Positions 26,193-38,543 are shown, counted from the first letter of the stretch. The stretch is DNA of 64,000 nt from Octopus vulgaris (GCA_951406725.2 OX597814.1:172546001-172610000), one strand, 5' to 3'. Numbers and translations are program-made. Notes: a model not told the origin generated them from the sequence alone.

Positions 26193-26740
26193 CATATATA
26201 TCTTGCAATTATTTCAGCGTAGGACACTAACTAAAATTCCGTGTTAAAGCTCAAACAATTGCTGAGCAATTGTTACAAACCCTTGTAGAAAGCACGTCTT
26301 CGGTTCTTTCGGTTCTTTATTACAAATTAACTTAAAAGCTGACATAAAAGTATATTTTGTGGGGACGTATATCTACTTTCGCTTTCTGGTGATGAAATAA
26401 CAGAAATATTTTGCCTTCTGGGATCAATTCTGTCCTTTCATCCTTTTGGGGTCGATAAATAAAACGACAGTGTTATGCAATGGAATGATGAAATATTCAG
26501 AGCATTGGAAGGGTTGTCTTGTAGTATTTGTTCCGAATACTTTCGTTCTGAGTTCAAACTATTTGTCCAGTTGACAGAAGGTGAGAAAGTCTTTTACCAT
26601 CAGATTATTCTGATTTTTCTGATGGGCGGATAACTGAAAAGATGGCTGCGTGGATTTCCACTTCGACATCCGAAACTACGACTATTTACATAATATTGAG
26701 GTGTGTTTTATTGTCTTACCGTTTTTATCAATATATATAT

Positions 26741-26819
<79 letters not shown>

Positions 26820-26928
26820 TATTATATGATTGAACGCCAATTAGCATCTTGCAAGTAAGTTTTGTCTGTCTATCTATCTATCTGTCTATATATGTATATA
26901 TACATGCAAGCATATATATATATATATA

Positions 26929-27135
26929 GTTAATCCAAACATGAAAACACAAAGAGAAAACGCAACAACGCAGGACGTGGAAGAAGTATAGTGATATTGG
27001 ACGCTCAGGAAAGGAAAGAAAGAAGGAGGATTTAACGTTTCGAGCAGTACTCTTCCTCAGAAATATAGGAAAAGGAAAGATCCAAGGAAGGGAAGACGGA
27101 GGAAAAAAATCACCAACGGTACACACGCGGTCACA
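26929..27135 (-). mobile_element. Family H1 element with hammerhead motif at 27030-27064
   Basis: Minus strand ATTT-CTGAGGA-A-GAGT(ACT)GCTC-GAAACGTT-AAAT; intact core, G-U in stem II. Confidence 0.75.
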
Positions 27136-27171
27136 TGCTTACATATTCAAACAGACACATACATGTAGGTG

Positions 27172-27195
<24 letters not shown>

Positions 27196-27204
<9 letters not shown>

Positions 27205-27675
27205 AAAGGGCTTAGTAAAGTAAATTACTTTGCCACATACTGAACCCATTAGAAATAGCAGCTAAAAAAATTTTTTTAGCTATTTCTAATACTTAAAGAA
27301 AATCTCTCTCAGATAGTGTTTGCTCAAACCAACTCACGAAGGTATGGGGGTAAAAACATTAAAAAAATCACAAGTGCAAAGGTTATTTGAGAACGTACGT
27401 TTCTAGATTAGTCAAATCGACATTTCTTTCGCCAGCTCAGAACTCCTTGATTCGGATTTGGGAACACTGAAAGTGGGAGCATACCCTTTTGGCTTCTTAT
27501 CACCACCGGACATCCGCTCGAACTAACAGTGCTAACAAATTCAAAATATGCAAGCGAAGAATTTCTGCTCTCCCCCTTCCACCAGCGTGGGTTAAAATTG
27601 GTAAACACTATGTTTTATCGGTGAAAACCGAAGCATTAAACAGAGAGAAATTAATTATAATTTCAACAATTGTTG

Positions 27676-27680
<5 letters not shown>
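27196..27680 (-). mobile_element. Penelope-type element, local family H3, in (TA)n; degenerate hammerhead at 27388-27439
   Basis: Minus strand TGAG-CTGGCGA-A-AGA..GTC(GATTT)GAC..TCT-A-GAAACGTACGTT-CTCA; first ~210 bp homologous to the palindrome arm at 36231. Confidence 0.65.
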
Positions 27681-27709
<29 letters not shown>

Positions 27710-27710
<1 letters not shown>

Positions 27711-27888
27711 AAGGGAAAGTTTACGAAAATAAACAAAAGACGAAGGCAGGTGGAGTACAAACAAATGTATTAGTATAGCGCTCAAGAATAGAAATAGTCT
27801 TTTACGTTTCGAGCCTACGCTCTTCGACAGAAAGATATACAAAAAAAAACAAGAGAAACAAGGAGAGAAAAAATACGTGTAGTAGCTA
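27710..27888 (-). mobile_element. Family H2 element with hammerhead variant at 27798-27835
   Basis: Minus strand TCTTT-CTGTCGA-A-GAGC(GTAG)GCTC-GAAACGTA-AAAGA; TA-flanked. Confidence 0.75.
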
Positions 27889-27914
27889 TATATATGTGTG
27901 TATGTATATACCTA

Positions 27915-27986
27915 TAGTAGTAGTAGTTGCAGTAGTTGCAGTAGTAGTGGCAGCAGCAGCAGTAGCAATAGCAGCAGCGGTAGTGA

Positions 27987-28050
<64 letters not shown>

Positions 28051-28066
28051 GGTGGTGGTGGTGGTG
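27915..28066. repeat. (AGT/AGC)n-(GGT)n trinucleotide microsatellite
   Basis: Direct reading. Confidence 0.95.
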
Positions 28067-28746
28067 ACGGGGGTGTTAAGAGTAATGTAAAAATGCTTTC
28101 CAAACCGTCAATCATGGCCTTTCTACAAACATTCCACTCGTCAAGATCAACACGAGATCCCATATATCAATATCCCCCTCCCCCACATACGCCCATCCTA
28201 TTTTCTCGAACCCTAAAATGTCGATTCGCTCTCCCTGTCTCTGTCTGTCCGTTTATGTGTCTGCCTGTATCTCTCTTTTTCTCTGTTTCCGTCGCTCTGT
28301 CTTGTATTCTCTCCCTCTCTCACGTCGCCATCCCGTCTACACTTCCTAAATATATTTTTGAATATTTTTGTTTTTATGGTAGGGAGGACATTTCTTATTT
28401 TAGGCTTTTTTGCTTTTGCACCTGTGTGTGTGTTTGTGTGTGTGCGTGCGTGCGTGTGTGTGTGTGTGTGTGTGTGTTTCTGTGCTTGAGCGTGAGTGTG
28501 TGAGCGTGAGTGTGTGAGCGTGAGTGTGTGAGCGTGCGTGTGTACGATGGTGTGTGTCTAACAAAATCATACAATATAATAATATATTAATTGAAACAAG
28601 TCTATTTCAATGTGTTTATGTACATGTGTACAAATATATCCATGAAACTATGTATATAGATATGTGTGGGTATGTATATATATATATCTGCGTGCATGTG
28701 TGTCTATACGCCTCTATGCATATATGTATATGTATATATATATATA

Positions 28747-29146
28747 CTCTTTTACTCTTTTACTTGTTTCAGTCATTTGACTGCGGCCATGCTGGAGCAC
28801 CGCCTTTAATCGAGCAACTCGACCCCGGGACTTATTCTTTTGTAAGCCCAGTACTTATTCTATCGGTCTCTTTTTGCCGAACCGCTAAGTAACGGGGACA
28901 TAAACACACCAGCATCGGTTGTCAAGCAATGCTAGAGGGACAAACACAGAAACACAAGCACACACACGCATATATATATATACATATATACGACGGGCTT
29001 CTTTCAGTTTCTATCTACCAAATCCACTCACAAGGCTTTGGTCGGCCCGAGGCTAAAGTAGAAGACACTTGCCCAAGGTGTCACGCAGTGGGACTGAACC
29101 CGGAACCATGTGGCTGGTAAGCAAGCTACTTACCACACAGCCACTC
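28747..29146 (-). mobile_element. Family A SINE
   Basis: Full module set on the minus strand. Confidence 0.92.
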
Positions 29147-29409
29147 ACCGTTGCTATAATGCAAAAGTGTCTTAAGTCCAAACCGTTGCTTTTTCAAAAA
29201 ACGAAAGAATAGTTTCATCATTCCACAGGAAAAACCGTTGTACTACACTTTCACAATTTTGATATCTTAGCATCTGAAGCAACTGGAGATGCGATACTTT
29301 GATCAAAAGAACCGGCTATTGCAAGCAAAAGTAAATACTGGAAAAAAAAAAACTCGCAGTTGGTCAAATTTGGACATACGACAGTTTAACATAATAGCAA
29401 CGATATATA

Positions 29410-29781
29410 CTCCTTTGCGTTTTTACTCCTTTACACGATTCAGTCATTTTACTGCGGCCATGGTGGAGCAATGCCTTTAGCCGAAGAAACCGACCCCAAG
29501 ACTTATTATTTGTAAGACTAGTAATTATTCTATCGATTTCTTTTGCCGAACCGCTATGTTATAAACAAACAAAAATCTGTTTTCAAGTGATGGTGGTGGT
29601 GGGTCAAACACAAACACAAAGAAACACTCATAAATATATATAAACATATATATACACGACGGGCTTCTTTCAGCCCGACGCTATAGTAGATGACTCCTGC
29701 TCAAGGTGTCACTCTCTGGGGCTGAACCCGGAAGCATATGGTTGGGTAGCAAGTTTCGTATCACACAGCCACGCCAACGTC
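29410..29781 (-). mobile_element. Diverged family A SINE with internal deletion
   Basis: Tail and head homology; deletion after GGGCTTCTTTCAG. Confidence 0.8.
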
Positions 29782-29802
29782 TATATATATATGTATATAT
29801 AT

Positions 29803-29850
<48 letters not shown>

Positions 29851-29862
29851 ATACATATATAT

Positions 29863-30149
29863 ATCACGTGACCGACCAGACCATCAAATGTTGCTACACA
29901 TCGCTGGTCACAATGCGTTCGCATTGTTTTAGCCTTCGAACGACGCCACCCCACTGACTAAGCGAGTAGGCCAACAGAAGAAAGAGTGAGAAAGAGTGGT
30001 GTACAGCAGGGATCACCACCTCCTGCCGGAGCCTCGTGGAGCTTTTAGGTGTTTTCGCTCAATAAACACACACAACACCCGGTCTGGGAGTCGAAACCAC
30101 GATCCTCCGACCGCGAGTCCGCTGCCCTAACCACTGGGCCATTGCGCCT

Positions 30150-30151
<2 letters not shown>
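29863..30151 (-). mobile_element. SINE, local family C (tRNA head, C body, RTE-type tail)
   Basis: A-box TGGCCCAGTGG, B-box GGTTTCGACTCC, ends GGTCACGTGAT; (TG)n 5' and (TA)n 3'. Confidence 0.9.
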
Positions 30152-30195
<44 letters not shown>

Positions 30196-30323
30196 GTGTG
30201 TGTGTGTATATATATATATATACATATATATATGTGTGTGTGTGTGTGTGTATACAAACACACACACATGTGCATATATTGTATTTCGTTATGTTTTTTT
30301 GGGGGCCAATTAAATACACACGT

Positions 30324-30441
30324 TATATATTCGTTTTTCACTCGTTTATTACTGTTCTTATTCTAACTCGTGTCCATTATCCGGACAATGGACACGAGTT
30401 AGAATAAGAACACTAATAAACGAGTGGAGAACGAATATATA
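30324..30441. repeat. 118-bp near-perfect palindrome centred on TCCGGA
   Basis: Arms of about 59 bp with a few mismatches. Confidence 0.9.
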
Positions 30442-30912
30442 GTGCGCATGCTTGTTTGGCAAAAGAAAAAGGAATAAATATCCCGAAATAAACAATATCT
30501 GTTTCAACACGAAGGTTTCACATCAGGAATCTTGCAACGCAATTTCATAAATGTATATATGCATATATATACATAAATGTCAAACGATGAAAATGAGTGC
30601 TCAACACTGCATTGGTTTCATGTTAAGAAAACTAGGAAAGATAGAAACTAGTCTTCATTCAGTACGACGGTCGTTTCTATTCTTCCTGAAACTGTCCTTT
30701 CTGGGTAGGATTTTGTGCAGCTAATAGTGCAGCATCAATCTTTGCAGTACGTGCATAGAGAAGGGGATGTCCCGCTCAATATACTTAGTCGTCCTGCGCA
30801 TGTTGTTCGAGACTTCTGTATCTTGGTTATAACATATATATGCATATAAAGAGGAAAACAATTTATTTTAAATCTGTAAACGAGAAGTAAGTAGTAACAG
30901 TATTACCGAGTA

Positions 30913-31120
30913 AAATCTATTTGCCACCGTAAAGTGGCACTCCTGATGTTACTAGCATTTTAGCCTCAGAGAAACATCTTTTCTAGCTAGCTACCGACGC
31001 ACAACTGCGTCCTTATACCTCGAAAAAGGGAGCTATTGTCCGCACACAGCCTTAAACGATACCTGCGGACAACAACATCGTCCTAATCAGGACTGCCACT
31101 TTACGGTGGCAAATAGATTT
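30913..31120. mobile_element. MITE-like 208-bp element with 35-bp inverted termini
   Basis: AAATCTATTTGCCACCGTAAAGTGGCACTCCTGAT / ATCAGGACTGCCACTTTACGGTGGCAAATAGATTT (1 mismatch); no clear TSD. Confidence 0.7.
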
Positions 31121-31159
31121 CACACACTCTCTCTCCCTCTCTCGATTTCACTCTCCCTC

Positions 31160-31194
<35 letters not shown>

Positions 31195-31197
<3 letters not shown>

Positions 31198-31363
31198 GAC
31201 TGTGTGGTAAGTAGCTTGCTAACGAACCACATGGTTCCGGTTCAGTCCCACTGCGTGGCATCTTGGAAAAGTGTCTTCTACTATAGCCTCGAGCCGACCA
31301 AAGCCTTGTGATTGGATTTGTTTGACGGAAACTGAAAGAAGCCCGTCGTGTATATATATATAT

Positions 31364-31447
<84 letters not shown>

Positions 31448-31666
31448 GTATGTGTGTGTATATGTTTGTGTGTCTGTGTTTGTCCCCACAAGATCGCTTG
31501 ACAACTGATGCTGGTGTGTTTACGTCCCCGTAACTTAGCAGTTCGGCAAAAGCGACCGATAGAGTAAGTACTAGGTTTACAAAAAATAAGTCCTGGGGTC
31601 GATTTGGTCGACTAAAGGCGGTGCTCCAGCATGGCCACAGTCAAATGACTGAAACAAGTAGAAGAG
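31195..31666 (+). mobile_element. Family A SINE with expanded internal (TA)n
   Basis: Full module set. Confidence 0.9.
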
Positions 31667-32351
31667 TATATATATATACAAATACACATATATATACATA
31701 CATATATATACGTCCCCACACACATATGCGCATGTGTGTAAACATAGATCTAAGTATATATGCATACAATTATATGTACACACACATACGTACACACATA
31801 CGCACAAACACACACATATATATGTATATTAAAATGTTTCCAAGCGCACTTGATCTATGAATACATGGAATTTTAATAATTTAACATTACACCCTTACTG
31901 ATAAGAAAAATAATTTGTGAAATGATAAATTGTGATTGAAATTTCAAAATTAATTAAATTTGGAATGTAGTGCTGAATGATTCGGATCTTTGACAGCAAA
32001 ATGAAAATTCCAAAAATGTTTCGGTCTTATTTGACCATATCAGTAAGGCATAGTCCAATAATAGCTGTATATATATGTATATATATATATATGGTTTTTG
32101 TGAATGAACAGTAAGTGGCATGTTTAATTCATTTCAAGAAAGATGATACACTGAATGGTTCTTATCACCTGGATATAAATTATATCAGAAATAAGGTAAC
32201 TATTAAGGAAATGTGACCACTGCTCAGCCGAATTTGATAGTTTTTAGCGCAGGAAGTTAGATATGATAAGAAATAACAGGGAAGTTTCTTTCACTGTAGC
32301 TGGTCAGCACATAGATTTTAGAGACACAGACAGACAAGCAGAAACAGAGAG

Positions 32352-32389
<38 letters not shown>

Positions 32390-32484
32390 GAAGAAAGAAA
32401 TAGAAGAATTGTTCCCACTACAGGAGTGGAACATTATTGGACTTTGCAAAAATAAAATGTTATGTTGGCATATAATAAAAATAA

Positions 32485-32731
32485 ACGCGCCCTTTCAAAG
32501 CCTAGCCAGTCTCATGGGCCCGGCTTCCCGGTTTCTATGGCGTATGTGTTCCCCGGTTGGATGGGACGTCAGTCCATCGCTGCATTACTCATTTTTGCCA
32601 GCTGAGTGGACTGGAGCAACGTGAAATGAAGCGTTTTGCTCAAGAACACAACGCGTCGCCCGGTCCAGGAATCGAAACCACAACCATACGATCATGATGC
32701 TGACAGCATAACCACTAAGCCACGCGCCTCC
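32485..32731 (-). mobile_element. SINE, local family D (tRNA head, D body, tail 2)
   Basis: Minus strand GGAGGCGCGTGGCTTAGTGG...GGTTTCGATTCC head, GTTCTTGAGCAAAACGCTTCATTTCACG body, GCGATGGACTGACGTCCCATCC...GAAACCGGG tail. Confidence 0.85.
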
Positions 32732-32868
32732 ACATTTTGGCATAGGTGCAAAAATAAAATATAATGTTGGCAGCAAATACCACATGATATTTTATCAAAG
32801 GCTCTAACAAATACGACTACTCTCCGCCTGATTCGTCACTCGCAAGAGTAAATGATTAGATAGCATTC

Positions 32869-32954
32869 ACGGGGATCGGCTGCAAAGTTCATAGGCTAAC
32901 TAAGTTACTTACAGAGAATGTGACCAAATGAGATTTATTTTTCAATATAGTCCC
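32869..32954 (+). mobile_element. Mariner-type terminal fragment
   Basis: ACGGGGATCGGCTGCAAAGTTC resembles CGAGGG...AAAAGTT mariner ends (cf. 63931), followed by TTTATTTTTCAATATAGTCCC. Confidence 0.45.
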
Positions 32955-33065
32955 GTTCAAATCAAATTTTATATTACTTTGATTGTACAGTACTATATTT
33001 AAGAGATGTACATTATCTATATTATTTACATTCTACGGATATTTGTCCTCATCTTGTTTGTTGTT

Positions 33066-33112
33066 AACACAACGTTTCGGCTGATATACCCTCCAGCCTT
33101 CATTAGGTGTCT
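33066..33112 (-). ncRNA. Minimal hammerhead motif, G5-to-A mutated, in a Penelope-type fragment (about 33000-33115)
   Basis: GACAC-CTAATGA-A-GGCTG(GAGGGTATAT)CAGCC-GAAACGTT-GTGTT: 5-bp stems I and II. Confidence 0.65.
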
Positions 33113-33272
33113 CATACCAATCAAAGACTTTACAAGTAGAACATTTTCAAATATAAATAAGTGGAAGTATGCAAAAATTAACACTATTTTCCATCATACC
33201 GTTCATTTTGTTTCATTTTAAAGAATAAAAAGTAAAAATTTATACTATGGTTTATTATTATTATTTATATTT

Positions 33273-33655
33273 TGCTGGCAGAATCGTTAGCATGCTGGAT
33301 GAAATGCTTAGCGGTATTTCGCCCGTCACTAAGTTCTGAGTTCAAATTCCGCCGAGGTCGACTTTGCCTTTCATCCTTTCGGGGTCGATAAATTAAGTAC
33401 AAGTTACGCACTTGGGTCGATGTAATCGACTTAATCCGTTTGTCTGTCCCTTCTTTGTTTAGCCCCTTGTGGGTAGTAAAGAAATAGGTATTTCGCCCGT
33501 CGATAAGTTCTGAGTTCAAATTCCGCCGTGGTTGACTTTGCCTTTCATCCTTTCGAGGTCGATAAATTGAGTACCAGTTCAGTACTGGGGTCCATATAAT
33601 CGACTATCCCCGTCCCTCAAATTTCTGGACTTATGGCTTTAGTAGAAAGTATTAT
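33273..33655 (+). mobile_element. Two tandem family B SINEs; the second is 5' truncated with an alternative tail
   Basis: GGTATTTCGCCCGTC...AAGTTCTGAGTTCAAATTCCGCCG repeated at about 33314 and 33487. Confidence 0.85.
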
Positions 33656-33860
33656 TTATATTTTGGATTACATTTATGAGGGCATGAAAATCTTTCCAGT
33701 TCCAAGGCCTCTTCGGGTATTAATCTGGCCCTATTCATACTTGTATACCTACATACACATATAGATGCATATGAACATGCACGATAACAGCTTCATTTTG
33801 TCAGACGATATGTAAAATTCCTCTAGAATTCTACTAGTAACATCTAACCCGGTACAACTA

Positions 33861-34099
33861 GTTGTTGTTTGTTCCTTCTCGAGCCATGCCTGACTCATAA
33901 GGACCGGTTTTCCGGTTTCCTTAGCGTATAGGTTCCCCACCTGGACAGGACGCCGGTCTGTCGCATGTGGGTTGCAAGATGCTGGAGGAAAGAGTGAGAG
34001 AAAGTTGTGGCGAAAGAGTTAGCAGAAGTTCGCCATTACCTTCTGCCGGAGCCGCGTGGAGCTTAGGTGTTTCGCTCATAAACACACACATGCCCGGTC

Positions 34100-34100
<1 letters not shown>
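33861..34100 (-). mobile_element. Chimeric SINE: C body plus tail 2, head lost at the (TAA)n array
   Basis: AAGCTCCACGCGGCTCCGGCAG...CTTTCTCTCACTCTTTCC (C body) followed by GGCGTCCTGTCCAGGTGGGGAACCTATACGC..GAAACCGG (tail 2). Confidence 0.82.
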
Positions 34101-34174
<74 letters not shown>

Positions 34175-34183
34175 TAATAATAA

Positions 34184-34752
34184 TTGGCACAACGCGATTA
34201 CAAAAGACATGACAATGTGGCAAGAATGATCCGTTGTGGTCTCTGTCGAAATCATGACCTACAAAATGCAAAGCCGTGGTATGAGCAAACCCCAGAACGA
34301 GTCGCCAAGAATAAAATTGCAAAATCCTCCGGGGTGCAATGATTCAGTGTAATCATCTGACTAGATCTCGAAAACCGGACATCGTTGTAGTGAATAACAA
34401 AGAAAGAACTAGCATGATAATCGACATAGCATATCCCGATAACAACAGGATCAAAGAGAAAGAAGAACAACTGAGCAACTATGACGATTTGAAGTGGGAA
34501 ATACGAAGGTTGTGGTCATTGAGGAGAGTAACTGCGTATTTGGAAGTATCAGCACTCAACTACTAGCATGGCCCAAAAAGATTGGTGCAAGTATGAACGT
34601 AGAACACCTACAAAAATCAGCATTGCCTGGAACTGCAAGAATTCTTAACAGGGTTCACAAAGCATGACCAGTAAACAAGTGTCAGCCTGCTGGCTGTGTA
34701 CAGCTAACTCTTTCCAACATTCCCAGCTAAATAAGCCAACAGTTTTCATCAA
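34184..34752 (+). mobile_element. R4/Dong-clade non-LTR retrotransposon 3' fragment (restriction-like endonuclease) in (TAA)n
   Basis: LAQRDYKRHDNVARMI...WYEQTPERV...RKPDIVVVNNKERTSMIIDIAYP...YDDLKWEIRRLW...LQKSALPGTARIL; TAA repeats on both flanks. Confidence 0.85.
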
Positions 34753-35387
34753 ATAATAATAATACTAATTCAGTGAGTGCTCATTGGATTTTAACAGCGT
34801 TAACTGATCATGAGCCAGCATTTAAACCTAGATGCTCTACTACCTAAAACGCTCATATGTAGGAAAGTACTTGATAGACGAGAGGGAACAGTTTGAAGAA
34901 CTATTGTGGAAGTAGCAAAGAAAAAACAGAGACAAACAGAAACGGAAAGGCTGAGAGGAGAAGATTTAATAAGAGATTTCAAGGCGTGAATCATTGTCAA
35001 AGTTTTAAATTATTCATCTCGTATTAATTTCTTGAATCCGTATTCAAAACACTGGCGATAAACACAAACGTATCGCCCCTAGCTATTATAACTATTCACA
35101 TATAGTCACCCGTGGGTGCATGAGCAATCATACACCCATACAGACACACCCATACAAATAGAAGTGTACTTGTGGATGCACACGCAATTAGATCTGTGAA
35201 CACGCCCACTGACAGCGATATTTATACACATACGTACATACATACATACATAATGCATACATACATACATACATACATACATACATACATACATACATAC
35301 ACACATACATACATACATACATACATACATACATACATACATACATACATACATACATACATACATACATACATACATACAAACATA

Positions 35388-35449
<62 letters not shown>

Positions 35450-35823
35450 GTAGGAATAACAGAGGTAATGAGAGCCTGAAACAAGTTGCAGAACTAAGTG
35501 AAAGCAAGTGACTGTAAGACCAAAATCGCTCAAAAGCAAAAGCCGCGAGAAAAAGGAAATATCGGAGATATAAGAGAGAGAGACTAGGGCAATATTTAAC
35601 ACGTTTTTATAGATATTTATACTTGTATTCTCTCTATCACACACACATATATATACACACAATAATAACTATAGAATGATATATCATAAAATGTATACTC
35701 CGAATACACATCTGTGTGTGTATATATTTGTATATATACACACACACACTCACACACGTTCATAGATCTATATAATTGAAGAAATTGAAGTCAATATGGA
35801 GTACGGTTGGAAGTTACTTTTTA

Positions 35824-35925
35824 ATCACTACAATTGTTTCCTCACAACGTAGTTCTCCAAAACTACTGGTATTTGATTATACAACTGTTTGCATAATGAG
35901 ATTTAGTTGCGCTTCCTCAAGTGAT
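35824..35925 (-). ncRNA. Hammerhead-like motif with long stem II insert (degenerate)
   Basis: ATCAC-TTGAGGA-A-GCGCAAC...(~50 nt)...GTTGTGAG-GAAACAATTGTA-GTGAT; stem I ATCAC/GTGAT, palindromic ACAATTGT. Confidence 0.55.
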
Positions 35926-36187
35926 ATTCTACCGTTGCTTCTGTTAGCTTAAAATCTTCGATAGGCCATCCTATCCGTCCAACCTGTTTTAAATTTACCA
36001 GCAGCTAGTAAATTCATGTTGTTTACTGCCAGAGTACGTCTGCCAAACGGACTCTGCTAGTAATCACGAAGTAGGGAGTAGTAAAACAGTCGACAACTGA
36101 CGAGTGAGTCATCTACTTTTGGTATTTTGTCCTGTACTTATCACTCGTGCGCTCACGTATTTTCCACTCGTTAATGATGTCCTGTGC

Positions 36188-36230
<43 letters not shown>

Positions 36231-36238
<8 letters not shown>

Positions 36239-36650
36239 AAAGGGCTTAGTAAAATAAATTACTTTGCCGCATACTGAACTCATTAGAAATAGCAGCTAAA
36301 AAACTTTTTTAAAACTATTTCTAATACTTAAAGAAAATCTCTCTCATATATAGTGTTTGCTTAATTCAACTCACAAAAGTTTGGGGGTAAGGACATTAAA
36401 AAATCAAATGCTAAGGTTATTTGAGAACGTACGTTTCAAATCTTGAAACGTACGTTCTCAAATAACCTTAGCATTTGATTTTTTAATGTCCTTACCCCAA
36501 ACTTTTGTGAGTTGAATTAAGCAAACACTATATATGAGAGAGATTTTCTTTAAGTATTAGAAATAGTTTTAAAAAAGTTTTTTAGCTGCTATTTCTAATG
36601 AGTTCAGTATGCGGCAAAGTAATTTATTTTACTAAGCCCTTTTATATAAT
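36231..36650. repeat. 420-bp almost perfect palindrome made from family H3
   Basis: Arms 36231-36439 and 36443-36650, 3-nt loop ATC; only one indel seen (G5 vs C4). Confidence 0.95.
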
Positions 36651-36809
36651 GTAATAATTTGAATTCGCCTTAAATGGTCCCTTTGCATACTGAACACTTG
36701 GTGAAATTGATTAATAATTAATTAATTTTACCCTCAATTGTTGAAATATATATATATATATGTATGTATATATGTATGTGTGTGTGTGTGTGTGTGTGTA
36801 TGTGTGTGT

Positions 36810-37115
36810 GGAGGCGCAATGGCCCAGTGGTTAGGATAGCGGACTCGCGGTCGTAGGACCGCGGTTTCGATTCCCAGACTGGGCGTTGTTAGTGTTTATT
36901 GAGCGAAAGCACCTAAAGCTCCACGACGCTCCGGCAGGGGGTGGTGGCGATCCCTTCTGTACTCTTTCGCCACAACTTTCTCTCACTCTTTCTTCTGTTG
37001 GCCTGCTCGCTTAGCCAGCGGGGTGGAGTCATTTGAAGGTTAAAACAATGCGAAGCGCATTGTGACCAGCGATGTGTAGCGACATCTGATAGCCTGGTCG
37101 GTCACGGTGATCACG

Positions 37116-37120
<5 letters not shown>
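36810..37120 (+). mobile_element. Family C SINE
   Basis: Full length; ends (CACGGTGAT)2; between (TG)n and (TA)n. Confidence 0.92.
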
Positions 37121-37181
<61 letters not shown>

Positions 37182-38115
37182 ACTATATCTCTCTATATAT
37201 ATAAATAGCGAGAGAGGGAGAGAGACAAGTAGTTACATATGTTTAAAGATATATATATATATATAGCTATATACATGCATATATATTTACATATATACGT
37301 ACATACATAAATGCGTACATATATATGCAAACTAACATACACGCACACATTCACACACACACACGTATATATATGTACAAGCAGGCGCATATTGTATTAT
37401 TGAGATTAATAATAATGTATATATACATAATTGAGTGTGTATGGCTGAGTTTGCGCTAGTATTTCTCGGCTCCCGCTTGTCAGCAATAGGGCTTTGGTTT
37501 GGACGAGGAGTCACCAGTGACGTGGGCACACGCCTTGTTAATTTATTTATATGACACATCGATCTATTTATCATTTTCCGATACGCCTCAGATTATGTAT
37601 ATCTGTGTTTCTGTTAGCCTCTGTGTACATTCGTATGAGCGTGTACGTGTGTATGTGTTGCGCTTTGCTTTGTATTTTTTGCTCACACTCACACACACAC
37701 ACAAAGATAGACCATAACTAGCCTTCTTTATTTCTGTCAATATATATTGTATACCTACTGACACAAAAGCATATGTGTGTTTGAGTTTGCGTGTGAATAT
37801 GAGTTTCTATTTATGAGAGAGAGTGTGTGTGAGTGAGTGGAAGAGTTTGTGGTTTATATAAACACACGTTAGAATTTATATGTATGCCAAAGAAAAGGTG
37901 CTTTATATTCTTTCTCCCACTTAGAGGAAATGTTCGTCTCATCAAGGAAGTTCGTGTAAGACGTTCTCTTTTCTTTGTATGTTAGTAAATTTTCTGCTAA
38001 TTATTTTTCCCTTCCACTAACCGGGGAATTTTGGTTTATTGAGAATATTTTGCGTTCGTCCCTCGGCAGACAAAATCAATATATATATATATTTATTGAT
38101 CTATATATTTATTGA

Positions 38116-38161
<46 letters not shown>

Positions 38162-38171
38162 GACGCCATGA

Positions 38172-38350
38172 TAGATCGTTCGCCACTACATACATTTTTT
38201 TCTGTCCTTGTTTCTTCTATGTCCCTTTCTGTAGAAGAGCGTAGGCTCGAAACGTAAAAGACTTTCTCTATTCCTGAGCGTCATACTAATACATCTATTT
38301 GTTTTGTACACCACCTGTCTTCGTCTTTTATTTTTTCGTAAACCCTCCCT
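38172..38350 (+). mobile_element. Family H2 element with hammerhead variant at 38225-38260
   Basis: CTTT-CTGTAGA-A-GAGC(GTAG)GCTC-GAAACGTA-AAAG; TA arrays on both sides. Confidence 0.75.
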
Positions 38351-38353
38351 ATA

Positions 38354-38429
<76 letters not shown>

Positions 38430-38447
38430 TGGATAGATAAATAGATT

Positions 38448-38543
<96 letters not shown>

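Noticed and set aside
36810-36885. tRNA-like sequence (also 30075-30151 and 32660-32731)
   Set aside because: A and B boxes are present but there is no proper acceptor stem, and each continues into a SINE body
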